The position numbers and the translations under genes are program-made. Positions 35,181-43,943 of a stretch of 64,000 nucleotides of DNA are shown piece by piece. The stretch's first letter is position 1. Each line of letters starts with the position of its first letter. Under the pieces are notes generated by a model. That model did not search any database. It was not told the origin of the DNA and saw nothing but the letters and a program-made list of their open reading frames with translations. Source of the DNA: Desulfotignum sp. (lineage in GTDB: Bacteria > Desulfobacterota > Desulfobacteria > Desulfobacterales > Desulfobacteraceae); NCBI GenBank assembly GCA_011390635.1, contig JAABSA010000001.1, positions 80,623 through 144,622 on the forward strand, written 5' to 3'.

Positions 35181-35654
35181 TTATAGCGCTTCCTTTACCT
35201 GATTCCAGAATTCTGTTACCCCGTTCATCCACCCGTCCAGAAACATTTTTTTATGGTCTGCCTTTCCTTCAATGGAAAACCGATCCACCCCGTATCTGTT
35301 CAGGGTGCTGTCAAAATATTCCTTGAGCCGTACGTCCTGCACCAGTTCATACGTATCAGGAACATGCAATACGTATAACAGGTCTTCAAAATGGGCGGAT
35401 TTACCCCATGCCACTCCTTCTTTTCTGCCCAGCCTGTAAAACTGCCTGAGCCAGGCCTGTTTTTCCTGTTGCAGCCGCTTGACCACTTCGGACATATCAA
35501 ATTCTTGGGAAAAGCGTTTCTGGATTTCTTCTTTTTTCTGGATGGCATCAGCGACCGCCTCCTGGAACATTTTTGAAAGATTGAAGGAATCCCGCCACTC
35601 TGTAAGTTTTTCATGGAGCATGTCAGGTATGCTCAAGGTGATTTTCTGGGCCAT
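35181..35654 (-). CDS. Hypothetical protein with N-terminal ribbon-helix-helix (CopG-like) motif
   Basis: MAQKITLSIPDMLHEKLTEW..NLSKMFQEAVADAI fits the strand-helix-helix pattern. Start moved to ATG 35654, preceded by AGGGGA. The stop lies 1 nt before the start of the 1401-aa gene. Confidence 0.55.
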   Translation of the reverse strand: MAQKITLSIPDMLHEKLTEWRDSFNLSKMFQEAVADAIQKKEEIQKRFSQEFDMSEVVKRLQQEKQAWLRQFYRLGRKEGVAWGKSAHFEDLLYVLHVPDTYELVQDVRLKEYFDSTLNRYGVDRFSIEGKADHKKMFLDGWMNGVTEFWNQVKEAL

Positions 35655-35861
35655 GGGTCTTTCCCCTGCACTGAAATTTGTCATGTATGTACTACTGTCA
35701 AACAAGCATATTATACGTATTCTTTTTTACACTACGTGTCAATCTGTTTTTTCCAACCGGCAATTGGGCGTGATTGTTTTGTCCAGGTCTGTATTACAAG
35801 GTTTTTAGACATCTTCTATAGCTTGTATTTTTCTTATAAATCCGGTATAAGACATTACATT

Positions 35862-36653
35862 ATGTATACCCGTTTCATTTACACCATCGGCGGCATCTTT
35901 GCACCCCCCATCACATCTGTGGGCAGATTTTTTTCGTTTTTTGGTGCCGGTGTATGGCAGATTTTTACAACACCGTTTCAGGCAGGCAAAGTACTGGATC
36001 ATATCTGGTTTATCGGCGCCAAATCTATTTTTGTCATACTGCTCACCGGACTGTTTACGGGTATGGTTCTGGGACTCCAGGGATATTACACCCTGGTAAC
36101 CTTTGGATCTGAAGCGGCACTGGGGGGAGCTGTTTCTTTGACCCTCATACGGGAGCTGGGCCCGGTGCTCACCGCCATCATGATTACGGCCAGGGCCGGT
36201 TCAGCCATGGCTGCTGAAATCGGTGTCATGCGCATGTCAGAACAGATTGATGCCCTGCTCACCATGCAGATCAATCCCATTCGCTTTGTATTTACCCCGA
36301 GAATTCTGGCAGCTGTCCTCAGTTTTCCTTTGCTTACAGCACTTTTTGACGTAGTGGGGATCTTTGGGGGATATCTGTCAGGGTCTTTGCTGTTAGGAAT
36401 GAATGAAGCCGTTTACATGGACAAGGTGATTCGCAGTGTCAATCTGGCAGATATCTGGGGGGGATTTTTAAAATCGCTTGTGTTTGCGCTTGTAGTGACC
36501 ACCATCTGCTGCTACCGGGGGTATTATTCACACCTGTCCCAACAGGGTGAATTCGGTGCCAAAGGGGTTTCTTTGGCAACAACCAGGGCTGTGGTGCAAT
36601 CGTGCATCTGTATTCTTATCTGTGATTATATCATCACATTTTTTCTGGTGTAA
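35862..36653 (+). CDS. mlaE: MlaE-type ABC transporter permease
   Basis: TGMVLGLQGYYTL..IRELGPVLTAIMITARAGSAMAAEIGVMRMSEQIDAL. Start trimmed to ATG 35862. Confidence 0.9.
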   Translation: MYTRFIYTIGGIFAPPITSVGRFFSFFGAGVWQIFTTPFQAGKVLDHIWFIGAKSIFVILLTGLFTGMVLGLQGYYTLVTFGSEAALGGAVSLTLIRELGPVLTAIMITARAGSAMAAEIGVMRMSEQIDALLTMQINPIRFVFTPRILAAVLSFPLLTALFDVVGIFGGYLSGSLLLGMNEAVYMDKVIRSVNLADIWGGFLKSLVFALVVTTICCYRGYYSHLSQQGEFGAKGVSLATTRAVVQSCICILICDYIITFFLV

Positions 36654-36656
36654 TCC

Positions 36657-37406
36657 ATGCAAACGCCGTTTATTCAATTTAAAGAGGTAAAAAAAAAATT
36701 TGGTTCCCTTGCGGTTCTTAACGGCGTGAATCTGTCCATCAACAAAGGAGAAATTACCGTTATCATCGGTAAAAGCGGTACAGGAAAATCCGTGTTATTG
36801 AAACATATTGTCGGTCTGGTCCAGGAAGATTCAGGGCAGTTGCTGATCCAGGGTGAGCCCCTAAACCAGCTTCCCCGAAAAAAAGCGCTTCATTTTAAAA
36901 AAAGCATGAGTTATATGTTCCAGGATAATGCCCTGTTTGATTTTCTTACGGTTTTCGATAATATTGCGCTGCCCCTGGTGGAGACATCCCGGGTCTCCCC
37001 TTCCGTATTGAAGGAAAAAGTACATACCCGGATGTCCCAGTTGAGCATTGAAGGTATCGACCATAAATATCCGTCGGAACTGTCCGGTGGCATGCGAAAG
37101 CGTGTTGCTCTGGCCCGTGCCCTTGTCACCAATCCCGAGGTAATCTTGTTTGATGAACCGACCGCCGGACTGGATCCGGTCAGAAAAAAAAATGTGCACA
37201 ATATGATCAAAGAATACCAGAAGAAATTTGGATTTACCGCGGTTATTGTCAGTCATGATATCCCTGAAATATTTGATCTGGCCCAGCACATTGCTTTTCT
37301 GGATGAGGGAATTATTGCCTTTGAAGGGTCGAAACAGGACATACTGCACTCTGATATGAAAAGCGTACATGGTTTCATCCGGGGAAAGGACATACGATAT
37401 GAATGA
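36657..37406 (+). CDS. mlaF: MlaF-type ABC transporter ATP-binding protein
   Basis: GKSGTGKSV Walker A, LSGGMRKRVALARAL signature, ILFDEPTAGLDP Walker B. Confidence 0.9.
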   Translation: MQTPFIQFKEVKKKFGSLAVLNGVNLSINKGEITVIIGKSGTGKSVLLKHIVGLVQEDSGQLLIQGEPLNQLPRKKALHFKKSMSYMFQDNALFDFLTVFDNIALPLVETSRVSPSVLKEKVHTRMSQLSIEGIDHKYPSELSGGMRKRVALARALVTNPEVILFDEPTAGLDPVRKKNVHNMIKEYQKKFGFTAVIVSHDIPEIFDLAQHIAFLDEGIIAFEGSKQDILHSDMKSVHGFIRGKDIRYE

Positions 37407-37851
37407 AGCAAAACGAAATTTTTATGTGGGCATTTTTGTGATTATCACATTACTCTGCACAGGATATCTGTTCATTATCATCGGCGAGTTTTCCCTGTTT
37501 TTCAAAGACAGGTACACGGTGCATGGCTATTTTTCTTCAGTCTCAGGCCTTAAAAAAGGAGCTGCCGTGGAACTGGCAGGGGTGAAAGTCGGTCATGTCT
37601 CCGCCATCTCCATCGACCACCGGTATCTGGTGGCCAAAGTGGCATTTGATATTGATACAAGTCTGACCCTGTCGGAAGACAGCATTGCCTCCATCAAAAC
37701 CGCAGGTATCATCGGTGAAAAATACATTGAAATTCTACCCGGCGGATCTGATATTATGCTGGCCCATGGGGATGAAATTGAAAATACGGAATCGGTTCTG
37801 GATATTGAGTCGTTGATTAGAAAATTTATTTTCAGCAGTAATAACCCGTAA
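37399..37851 (+). CDS. mlaD: MlaD-type MCE-domain substrate-binding protein
   Basis: N-terminal TM (FYVGIFVIITLLCTGYLFII) then the MCE core (GLKKGAAVELAGVKVGHV). Start moved to ATG 37399; overlaps mlaF by 8 nt. Confidence 0.85.
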   Translation: MNEAKRNFYVGIFVIITLLCTGYLFIIIGEFSLFFKDRYTVHGYFSSVSGLKKGAAVELAGVKVGHVSAISIDHRYLVAKVAFDIDTSLTLSEDSIASIKTAGIIGEKYIEILPGGSDIMLAHGDEIENTESVLDIESLIRKFIFSSNNP

Positions 37852-37891
37852 CACCTCAACATCGTGGCTGCAGCCAAAATGTTGCCGGACA

Positions 37892-38716
37892 ATGACAAAA
37901 AAGGAAACAAAAAAAATGGTACAAAAATATTGGGTGTTGATTATTCTGGGGATTTTGGTTTCAACCGGGATGCATTCAAGAGTGTGGGCTGCTGAGTCAG
38001 CATCAGGGATGCAGCAGATGTCACAAAATGATACCAGTGCCGATACAGGATTTGAAGATGATTCAGCAGATGACCTGTTTGATGAATACCAGGATGATGC
38101 ATACAAAGATTCCCGGGTGCCCGACCCGTTGTATTATGTTAATTTTGCCATGTATACAGTCAATGACAGGCTTTATTTTTACGTACTCAAACCCGTTGCC
38201 AGCGGATATAAGGCTGTGGTGCCGGTTTCGGCCAGACGAGGTATCAGCCATTTTTTCCACAACCTTTTGTTTCCTGTCCGGTTTGTCAACAACCTGCTCC
38301 AGGGAAAGCTGGAACAGGCATCAGATGAGATCGGGATTTTTCTGGTTAATTCCACTGCAGGTATCCTGGGCTTCAATCAGGTGGCGCAAAAACATTTGGC
38401 CATGCACACAAAATCAGAAGATCTGGGACAGACGCTGGGCACCTGGCATATAAAGGACGGTTTTTACCTGGTGCTGCCGTTTTTAGGGCCCTCCACACTC
38501 CGGGATACGGTGGGCAGGGTGGGGGATTATTTTATTACCCCGGTCAATTATGTCGAACCCTGGGAACTTGACCTTGGACTTGGCATTGTTGATACCATCA
38601 ACCAGACATCCTTTCGCCTCGGTGATTATGAAGATCTGAAAAAAGCATCCCTGGACCCCTATACCGCCATCCGGAATGCCTATATCCAGAACAGAAAGAA
38701 AAAAATCACAGAGTAA
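37892..38716 (+). CDS. mlaA: MlaA/VacJ-family lipoprotein
   Basis: DPLYYVNFAMYTVNDRLYFYVLKPVASGYKAVVP..FFHNLLFPVRFVNNLLQGK. An alternative start at 37916 is possible. Confidence 0.85.
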   Translation: MTKKETKKMVQKYWVLIILGILVSTGMHSRVWAAESASGMQQMSQNDTSADTGFEDDSADDLFDEYQDDAYKDSRVPDPLYYVNFAMYTVNDRLYFYVLKPVASGYKAVVPVSARRGISHFFHNLLFPVRFVNNLLQGKLEQASDEIGIFLVNSTAGILGFNQVAQKHLAMHTKSEDLGQTLGTWHIKDGFYLVLPFLGPSTLRDTVGRVGDYFITPVNYVEPWELDLGLGIVDTINQTSFRLGDYEDLKKASLDPYTAIRNAYIQNRKKKITE

Positions 38717-39521
38717 CCGGAAACAGGTCATTGCGCCGGAAAGGCAGAAAATAGCGCATGCGGTGGGACCGGACATGGGTGAGCATCTCCGGATCAAGAT
38801 CCACGGTGTGCAAATGATTTTCCTGGTCCATGCACCGGGAAATGAGATTTCCATCAGGTCCGATAACAACAGAAAGTCCTGGAAAACATAATCCTGCTCC
38901 ATTGTCGGCAATCTGGTTTACAGCAGCAATGAATATCCCGTTGTCAAATGCTCTGGCCGGCAGATGCCGCATCCAGGAAGCAAATTTTTGCGCTGTGCTT
39001 CCCCTGGGCGATGCATGGGGAAAAACAATGAGATCCACCTGCTGCAGCGCCATGGTGGTTGATAATTCCGGAAAATGGGCATCATAACAAAGCTGGACCC
39101 CGAACCTGATTTTGGGATGTTCAAAGACCGGGATGCTGTTTCCCGCTGTAAAAATATCTTGTTCATTGGGGGCGGTGTGAATTTTTCGGTATTTACCGTA
39201 CGGGGCGTTCGGTAAAAATATCAGGTGGGAGGCATATATCTGACCGCTGTCTGTTTTTTCTGCCAGTCCCACAAGAATTATCATATGCAGTTGATGCGAA
39301 ATCTGGATAAATGGTTGGATAAGGTCTTTGTCTATGGTCCGGGCCATTGCATAAATCTGGTGATCACCCGCATAACCGGTAAGATTCATTTCCGGAAATA
39401 CCACCATATCCGCTTTTTTTCTGCCTGCCTTTTGAATGGCATCAAGGCAAATTTCCAGGTTTTCTGCAAATTTGCCGGCCTTGCTCTTTGTGATGGCAAG
39501 ACAAATTCTGACCGGTTTCAT
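38706..39521 (-). CDS. Carbon-nitrogen hydrolase (nitrilase-superfamily amidohydrolase)
   Basis: Glu-Lys-Cys triad context: VVFPEMNLTGY, YRKIH, VQLCYDAHFPE. Confidence 0.8.
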   Translation of the reverse strand: MKPVRICLAITKSKAGKFAENLEICLDAIQKAGRKKADMVVFPEMNLTGYAGDHQIYAMARTIDKDLIQPFIQISHQLHMIILVGLAEKTDSGQIYASHLIFLPNAPYGKYRKIHTAPNEQDIFTAGNSIPVFEHPKIRFGVQLCYDAHFPELSTTMALQQVDLIVFPHASPRGSTAQKFASWMRHLPARAFDNGIFIAAVNQIADNGAGLCFPGLSVVIGPDGNLISRCMDQENHLHTVDLDPEMLTHVRSHRMRYFLPFRRNDLFPVTL

Positions 39522-39973
39522 AATTTAAAATTAGCAGAAATTTTAAATACTCTTGTGGCCGGCAGGTTCAATATAGGATTGACACCGGTCTTCTCGGATA
39601 TGTCATCAAGATGTGTCTGAATCAGTTTTCGGGATGGAGCGATAAAGGTAAACCAGATATTGAAGGTATGATCACGCATGTAGTTATGGGTGACCCCGGG
39701 GTATGCATTCACCGCCTGTGTAAACAGATCAATTTTTTCCTGTGCAACACTTGCCGCGCAAAGAGTGGAATAATAGCCAAGCCGGTCCGGGCTGAAATTT
39801 CCGCCGATGCGCCGGATAAGGGAATTTTGCCGCATGGACCGGATCCGGTCCATAAGCGCCTCTTCTGTCAGCCCCAGCTTTTCGGCCAGAACCCTGTAAG
39901 GTCTGGCATCAATGGGAAAGTCAATCTGAATCGTGTTGAGAATGCGTTTGTTGGTCTTATCGATGGCTGTCAT
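39518..39973 (-). CDS. Lrp/AsnC-fold siroheme decarboxylase subunit (AhbA/AhbB, NirDLGH family)
   Basis: NKRILNTIQIDFPIDARPYRVLAEKLGLTEEALMDRIRSMRQNSLIRRIG and GVTHNYMRDHTFNIWFT are characteristic of the family. ATG 39973 with GGAG SD is preferred over TTG 40003. The stop overlaps the CN-hydrolase start by 4 nt. Confidence 0.75.
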   Translation of the reverse strand: MTAIDKTNKRILNTIQIDFPIDARPYRVLAEKLGLTEEALMDRIRSMRQNSLIRRIGGNFSPDRLGYYSTLCAASVAQEKIDLFTQAVNAYPGVTHNYMRDHTFNIWFTFIAPSRKLIQTHLDDISEKTGVNPILNLPATRVFKISANFKL

Positions 39974-40024
39974 GGGCGCACTCCAAAAAAAAGAATGGGG
40001 CAACAGGCGGATATAAATAATTAA

Positions 40025-40050
40025 GGCCCTGTTTTGTAAAAAACAGGGCC
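40025..40050 (-). terminator. Intrinsic terminator downstream of dsrC
   Basis: GGCCCTGTTTT-GTAA-AAAACAGGGCC is a perfect 11-bp stem, T-rich on both sides. It lies 38 nt after the dsrC stop. Confidence 0.7.
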
Positions 40051-40087
40051 TTTAAAAACAAATCAAATCAATCGAATATGCAGTGAA

Positions 40088-40405
40088 TTATACACATCCG
40101 GTCGGTTTGGGAAGACCGGCCATTTTACAGGCGCCTTTGCCAGGTCCTGAAGGAAACAGCTCATAGATGTGTTTGAGTTTGAATTTGGTCAGCTTGGAAA
40201 GTACCCGCACCATGGGGGCAATACCGTTTTTCTCATAGTAGTCCTGGAGCACTTTTACCAGCTGCCAGTGCTCATCGGTCATTTCCTCAATTCCTTCCTG
40301 GGTTTTTACATAATCCACCCATTCTTCTGAATAGGAATTGTAGTCAAGAAGGAACCCATCTTCATCTATTTCAAATGTTTTCCCGTTAAATTCGATTGTT
40401 GCCAT
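40088..40405 (-). CDS. dsrC: DsrC (TusE/DsrC/DsvC family) sulfur-carrier protein of dissimilatory sulfite reduction
   Basis: 105 aa. The C-terminal arm GACKMAGLPKPTGCV has the two conserved Cys spaced by 10 residues, with the second penultimate. Confidence 0.92.
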   Translation of the reverse strand: MATIEFNGKTFEIDEDGFLLDYNSYSEEWVDYVKTQEGIEEMTDEHWQLVKVLQDYYEKNGIAPMVRVLSKLTKFKLKHIYELFPSGPGKGACKMAGLPKPTGCV

Positions 40406-40497
40406 GTAAACTTTCCTCCTGTAAATTGTTGTATTTTTGCTATCATGTTAAGACATTCTGTCTTGGCTTCAAGGTCTGCCTTGATAATTGAACACTA

Positions 40498-40526
40498 ACC
40501 ATATCTCAGCAACCTAAGCTTGTCAA
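40498..40526 (-). promoter_or_regulatory. Candidate sigma70 promoter for dsrC
   Basis: On the minus strand: TTGACA (40521..40526), 17-nt spacer, TATGGT (40498..40503). This leaves a 5' UTR of about 90 nt ending in an AGGAGG SD. Confidence 0.45.
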
Positions 40527-40576
40527 CAAAGAATCATGCCTGAATATAAAAAATTGATCCGGCAAACCCATTGGAT

Positions 40577-41422
40577 TTAATATTCTTTCGGGGTCTGGTT
40601 TATTTCTGCGAGTGTGAATACCGGCCCGTCTTTACACACCAGCTCCTTGCCGATATTGCACCGGCCGCACATGCCGATACCGCACTTCATTCTGTTTTCC
40701 AGGGACATGATAATCTGATCATCTTGATATCCCAGTTTTGTCAGGGCCGGCTGGGTAAATTTAATCATGATGGGCGGTCCGCACACAATGGCATAGGTGT
40801 CCTCATCTGCTGTCGGGGCATGCTGCTCCACCACCTGGGGGACAAACCCTTTGTGGTATTTCCAGTCCGGGTCATCGGTACCGTCCACGGTGATGTGCAT
40901 GTTGATGTCATCGCGTTGTTCCCAGTCAAAAAGTTCTTCTCTGTATAACAGCATACCAGGGGATCTGGCACCATAAACCACGTCGATATTTTTGAACTTG
41001 GAACGGTTGGCCGGATCCAGCATGTAGACAATGGAAGATCGCAATGTGGTAAAGGCAAATCCACCACCGATGATGACCACATTCTTGTTTTCCAGTTTCT
41101 CCCAGGGATACCAGTTGCCCAAAGGTCCTCTGATACCCATGATGTCTCCCTTTTTCATGTTGTGCAGATGGGAGGTGACCACACCGGTTCGAAATACAGT
41201 GAATTTGACAAATCCTTTTTCCACCGGAGATGAGGCGATGCCGATGGGGATTTCCCCCACACCGGGTATGGACAGTTCGGCAAACTGGCCCGCCTTATAG
41301 GCAAATTTTTCTTCATCTCCGGGGTTCAGAAAAACAAAGGTAAAGGTCTTCAGCGACTTGTCTTCCGTTGCCACTTCGATATCATCAATGCGAACCGGAT
41401 ACGGCATATAGGGGTTTTCCAT
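40577..41422 (-). CDS. FAD/NAD(P)-binding oxidoreductase with C-terminal [2Fe-2S] motif (FlxA / sulfhydrogenase gamma HydG / AsrB-like)
   Basis: Ferredoxin-reductase-type fold (GQFAELSIPGVGEIPIGIAS, VVIIGGGFAFTTL) and MKCGIGMCGRCNIG at the C-terminus. Confidence 0.8.
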   Translation of the reverse strand: MENPYMPYPVRIDDIEVATEDKSLKTFTFVFLNPGDEEKFAYKAGQFAELSIPGVGEIPIGIASSPVEKGFVKFTVFRTGVVTSHLHNMKKGDIMGIRGPLGNWYPWEKLENKNVVIIGGGFAFTTLRSSIVYMLDPANRSKFKNIDVVYGARSPGMLLYREELFDWEQRDDINMHITVDGTDDPDWKYHKGFVPQVVEQHAPTADEDTYAIVCGPPIMIKFTQPALTKLGYQDDQIIMSLENRMKCGIGMCGRCNIGKELVCKDGPVFTLAEINQTPKEY

Positions 41423-41447
41423 GTGATTTCTCCTTGGTGTCCGCTAT

Positions 41448-42497
41448 TTATTTTTTCTCATAATTATTCATGATGGTGCATACCTCCCGGATATCAATGT
41501 TCACCGGACAGCTGGCAACACACCGGCCGCATCCCACACACATGATTCCCTGGTCATATTTATCCACAAAGTATTTGAGCTTGTGCATAAACCGCTGTCT
41601 GACACGGTGCACCTTGGATTCCCGGGGGTTGTGGCCGGATGCATGGTTGGTGAACAAAGGTGACATACAGGTGTCCCAGTTCCTGAACCGGGCAGCTTTT
41701 TTATGCTTTGTTTCATCCTGGATATCAAAACACCAGCAGGTGGGACACACAAACGTGCAGGTACCGCAGTTGATGCAGGAAAATGCCACATCATCCCAGA
41801 AAGGGGCCTCATAAAGATCCAGAATGGATTTTTGGGCAAGCTTGTCAGTACCAAGATCTGTGGAGATGTTTTTTTCCGCCTCTTTTTTGAGAATATCAAA
41901 CAGGACCTGGCTTTCTTTGGTATCGGCACCGGCATCAAAGCCACAGGCCGCAGCCCAGGCTTCACCTTTGGGGGTCAGCACTTTGGCCAGGTATCTGTCA
42001 TCCAGATCAGCCAAAAGTACATCCAGTCCTTCTTCACTGAAAGGACCGCACCCGGTGGATGTGGAAAAGTCAAAAGGAGTGGGACGGTTTTGTCCTATCC
42101 CCACAAAGGTGGTTGCCTCATACGCATCACACCAGTAGGGGTCCCGGTAATCTTTGGTGTCAAAATTTAATTTTACCAGTTGAATGGCCCTGGCATCATA
42201 TGGTCGGATACCCAGTACCGCCCTGGGGGTATATTTTTGTTCCGCCCGTTTCATAATATGATGGTCCTCTTTTGACTCATCCAGGTCTGCGGTCAATATT
42301 GTTTCTGTCTGGGGAAACAGCACGGACTTTGGAGACATGACCGTGACATCCGCATTCATTTTGGGCTGACCACCAGGTTCCAGGGATTTTATCTGGCAGC
42401 CGTTTTCGTCTTCCACCGGACCAAAAATCTGATAGGTCCCTCTGGACTTTTCAATGCCTTTGGTCCAGTTACTTTTATCAATTGTAATGAAGTTCAT
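41448..42497 (-). CDS. Iron-sulfur protein, AsrA / sulfhydrogenase beta (HydB) / FlxB-like
   Basis: FSCINCGTCTFVCPTCWCFD..WDTCMSPLFTNHASGHNPR..MCVGCGRCVASCP closely follows the AsrA C-terminal pattern. Confidence 0.8.
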   Translation of the reverse strand: MNFITIDKSNWTKGIEKSRGTYQIFGPVEDENGCQIKSLEPGGQPKMNADVTVMSPKSVLFPQTETILTADLDESKEDHHIMKRAEQKYTPRAVLGIRPYDARAIQLVKLNFDTKDYRDPYWCDAYEATTFVGIGQNRPTPFDFSTSTGCGPFSEEGLDVLLADLDDRYLAKVLTPKGEAWAAACGFDAGADTKESQVLFDILKKEAEKNISTDLGTDKLAQKSILDLYEAPFWDDVAFSCINCGTCTFVCPTCWCFDIQDETKHKKAARFRNWDTCMSPLFTNHASGHNPRESKVHRVRQRFMHKLKYFVDKYDQGIMCVGCGRCVASCPVNIDIREVCTIMNNYEKK

Positions 42498-42515
42498 ATG
42501 CGTACCTTATTTTGT

Positions 42516-43478
42516 TTACTTGATAAAATCATCCGGATCATCCGGACTGTATACATCCAGAGGCGGCCGCCGGTCAAGATCCATGCCGGCTTCCCATCCA
42601 AAAAGGTCCAAAGCGTCTTTGTTGAGTTTGCGGGTGAAATCCCTGACATTGATTCCCATGGGACAGGCTTCCACACAGGCACCGCAATCGGTGCACCTGC
42701 CGGCACAATGAAAGGCCCGCAGAAAATGGAAGGTTGTGATGTCGGTCTTATCCTGGCCCTTGCCAACCCACTGGGGAGAGGATTCATCCACAAAACAGGT
42801 GGGGCAGTAGCATAAGGGGCAGGCATTTCTGCAGGCATAACACCGGATGCAGTTTTTGGTCAACTCAGCAAAATGATCCCATCTGGTCTCCGGATCCATG
42901 GATGCGATATGGTCCACATCGGGAAACGGCTGGTCAAGAATCTGTTCTTCAACCGGATCGCCCGACATGACATCATACACAGGAGGATTGCGGTGGGTAC
43001 AGTACTGGCAGTTGTGCCGCAGCACATCCTTTTTGGCAATGACCTCTTGCTGTAAAGCCGATGTAACTGTGAGGGTATCACCATCCTGGGTACATTGGGT
43101 AATTTCATCTTCAAACCGTTGTGCGATCATGCGTTTGTCCACCATGCCGGTACAGGGTACACCGATGATAAAAACCTTTTCCCGGGGCACCTGGTTTTCC
43201 ACCATATGGGTAACCAGGTTTCTGGCATCACACCCCTTGGCCACCACCGCAATCTTTGCACCGTTTTTGGGCAGATTGTTCTTTGATACATAATTGGCCA
43301 GATTCAGCCCGCAGAAGGCATTGAAAACCAGTTTTTCCACATCTGCTTCTGAAGTGACGGCAATGGGCCGGGTGGCCATGGGGATGGATCCGCCGGCAAA
43401 CCCGATCACCTTTTCCACTTCCCCGTTTGCAAGCAGGTCTGTGCAGATCGCCTTTATTTTTTCTATACAGGTATCCAT
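42516..43478 (-). CDS. Iron-sulfur protein with two 4Fe-4S ferredoxin-type motifs (FlxC/HydB-like)
   Basis: CIRCYACRNACPLCYCPTC and CTDCGACVEACP. Start trimmed to ATG 43478, 10 nt after the upstream stop, because the track start lies inside the mvhD-like gene. Confidence 0.7.
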   Translation of the reverse strand: MDTCIEKIKAICTDLLANGEVEKVIGFAGGSIPMATRPIAVTSEADVEKLVFNAFCGLNLANYVSKNNLPKNGAKIAVVAKGCDARNLVTHMVENQVPREKVFIIGVPCTGMVDKRMIAQRFEDEITQCTQDGDTLTVTSALQQEVIAKKDVLRHNCQYCTHRNPPVYDVMSGDPVEEQILDQPFPDVDHIASMDPETRWDHFAELTKNCIRCYACRNACPLCYCPTCFVDESSPQWVGKGQDKTDITTFHFLRAFHCAGRCTDCGACVEACPMGINVRDFTRKLNKDALDLFGWEAGMDLDRRPPLDVYSPDDPDDFIK

Positions 43479-43488
43479 GATATAACCT

Positions 43489-43914
43489 TTATTTGGTATA
43501 GTCCTTTGCAAATTTTTTGGTGGTGCCGAGTGCCCTGACTTTGTCGGATATTTCCTTGACCACATCCACAAACTTGGTGGCTTCGGCAGAGGAAATCCAG
43601 GAAAAATGCAGCCGGTCCCGGTCAACACCCATATGTTCCAGCAAGTTGCCCATCATAGCAAATTTTCGTCTCGCATAGTAATTACCGTCCAGGTAATGGC
43701 ATTCGCCGGGATGTCAGCCGGACACCCACACGGCATCAGCACCTTCTCTGAAGGCGGACAAAACAAACTTGGGACTCATACGTCCGGAACAGGGGATCCG
43801 AATCACACGTATGTCAGCCGGGTATTCCATCCTGCTCACCCCTGCCAGGTCTGCTGCACCATAGGAGCACCAGTTGCACAGAAAACTTACAATTTTTATA
43901 TTATCATCAGCCAT
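43489..43914 (-). CDS. mvhD: MvhD/FlxD-like protein, 141 codons with one in-frame UGA read as selenocysteine
   Basis: The track ORF (66 aa) ends VWVSG-TGA. The same frame continues [63 protein letters not shown]..-TAA (stop 43489..43491). G-[C/U]-H-x-G-x-C-H-Y is the conserved MvhD cluster-binding motif. Confidence 0.8.
43681..43716 (-). other. Recoding site: UGA (43714..43716) plus candidate SECIS hairpin (43681..43697)
   Basis: mRNA AUUACC-UGGAC-GGUAAU (6-bp stem, 5-nt loop containing GG) begins 17 nt after the UGA. Confidence 0.5.
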
Positions 43915-43943
43915 TAATTCTTATCTCCTTTAGCATTTTTTAT

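Noticed and set aside
36689-36698. Homopolymeric A/T runs of 9-10 nt inside genes as possible phase-variation switches: A10 at 36689 in mlaF, T10 at 18209 in ppdK, A9 at 5460, 20839 and 27885, and T9 at 57000.
   Set aside because: Every run encodes consecutive Lys (AAA AAA AAA) in frame, in housekeeping genes. This reflects the strong AAA codon preference in this genome. There is no evidence of frameshifted copies.
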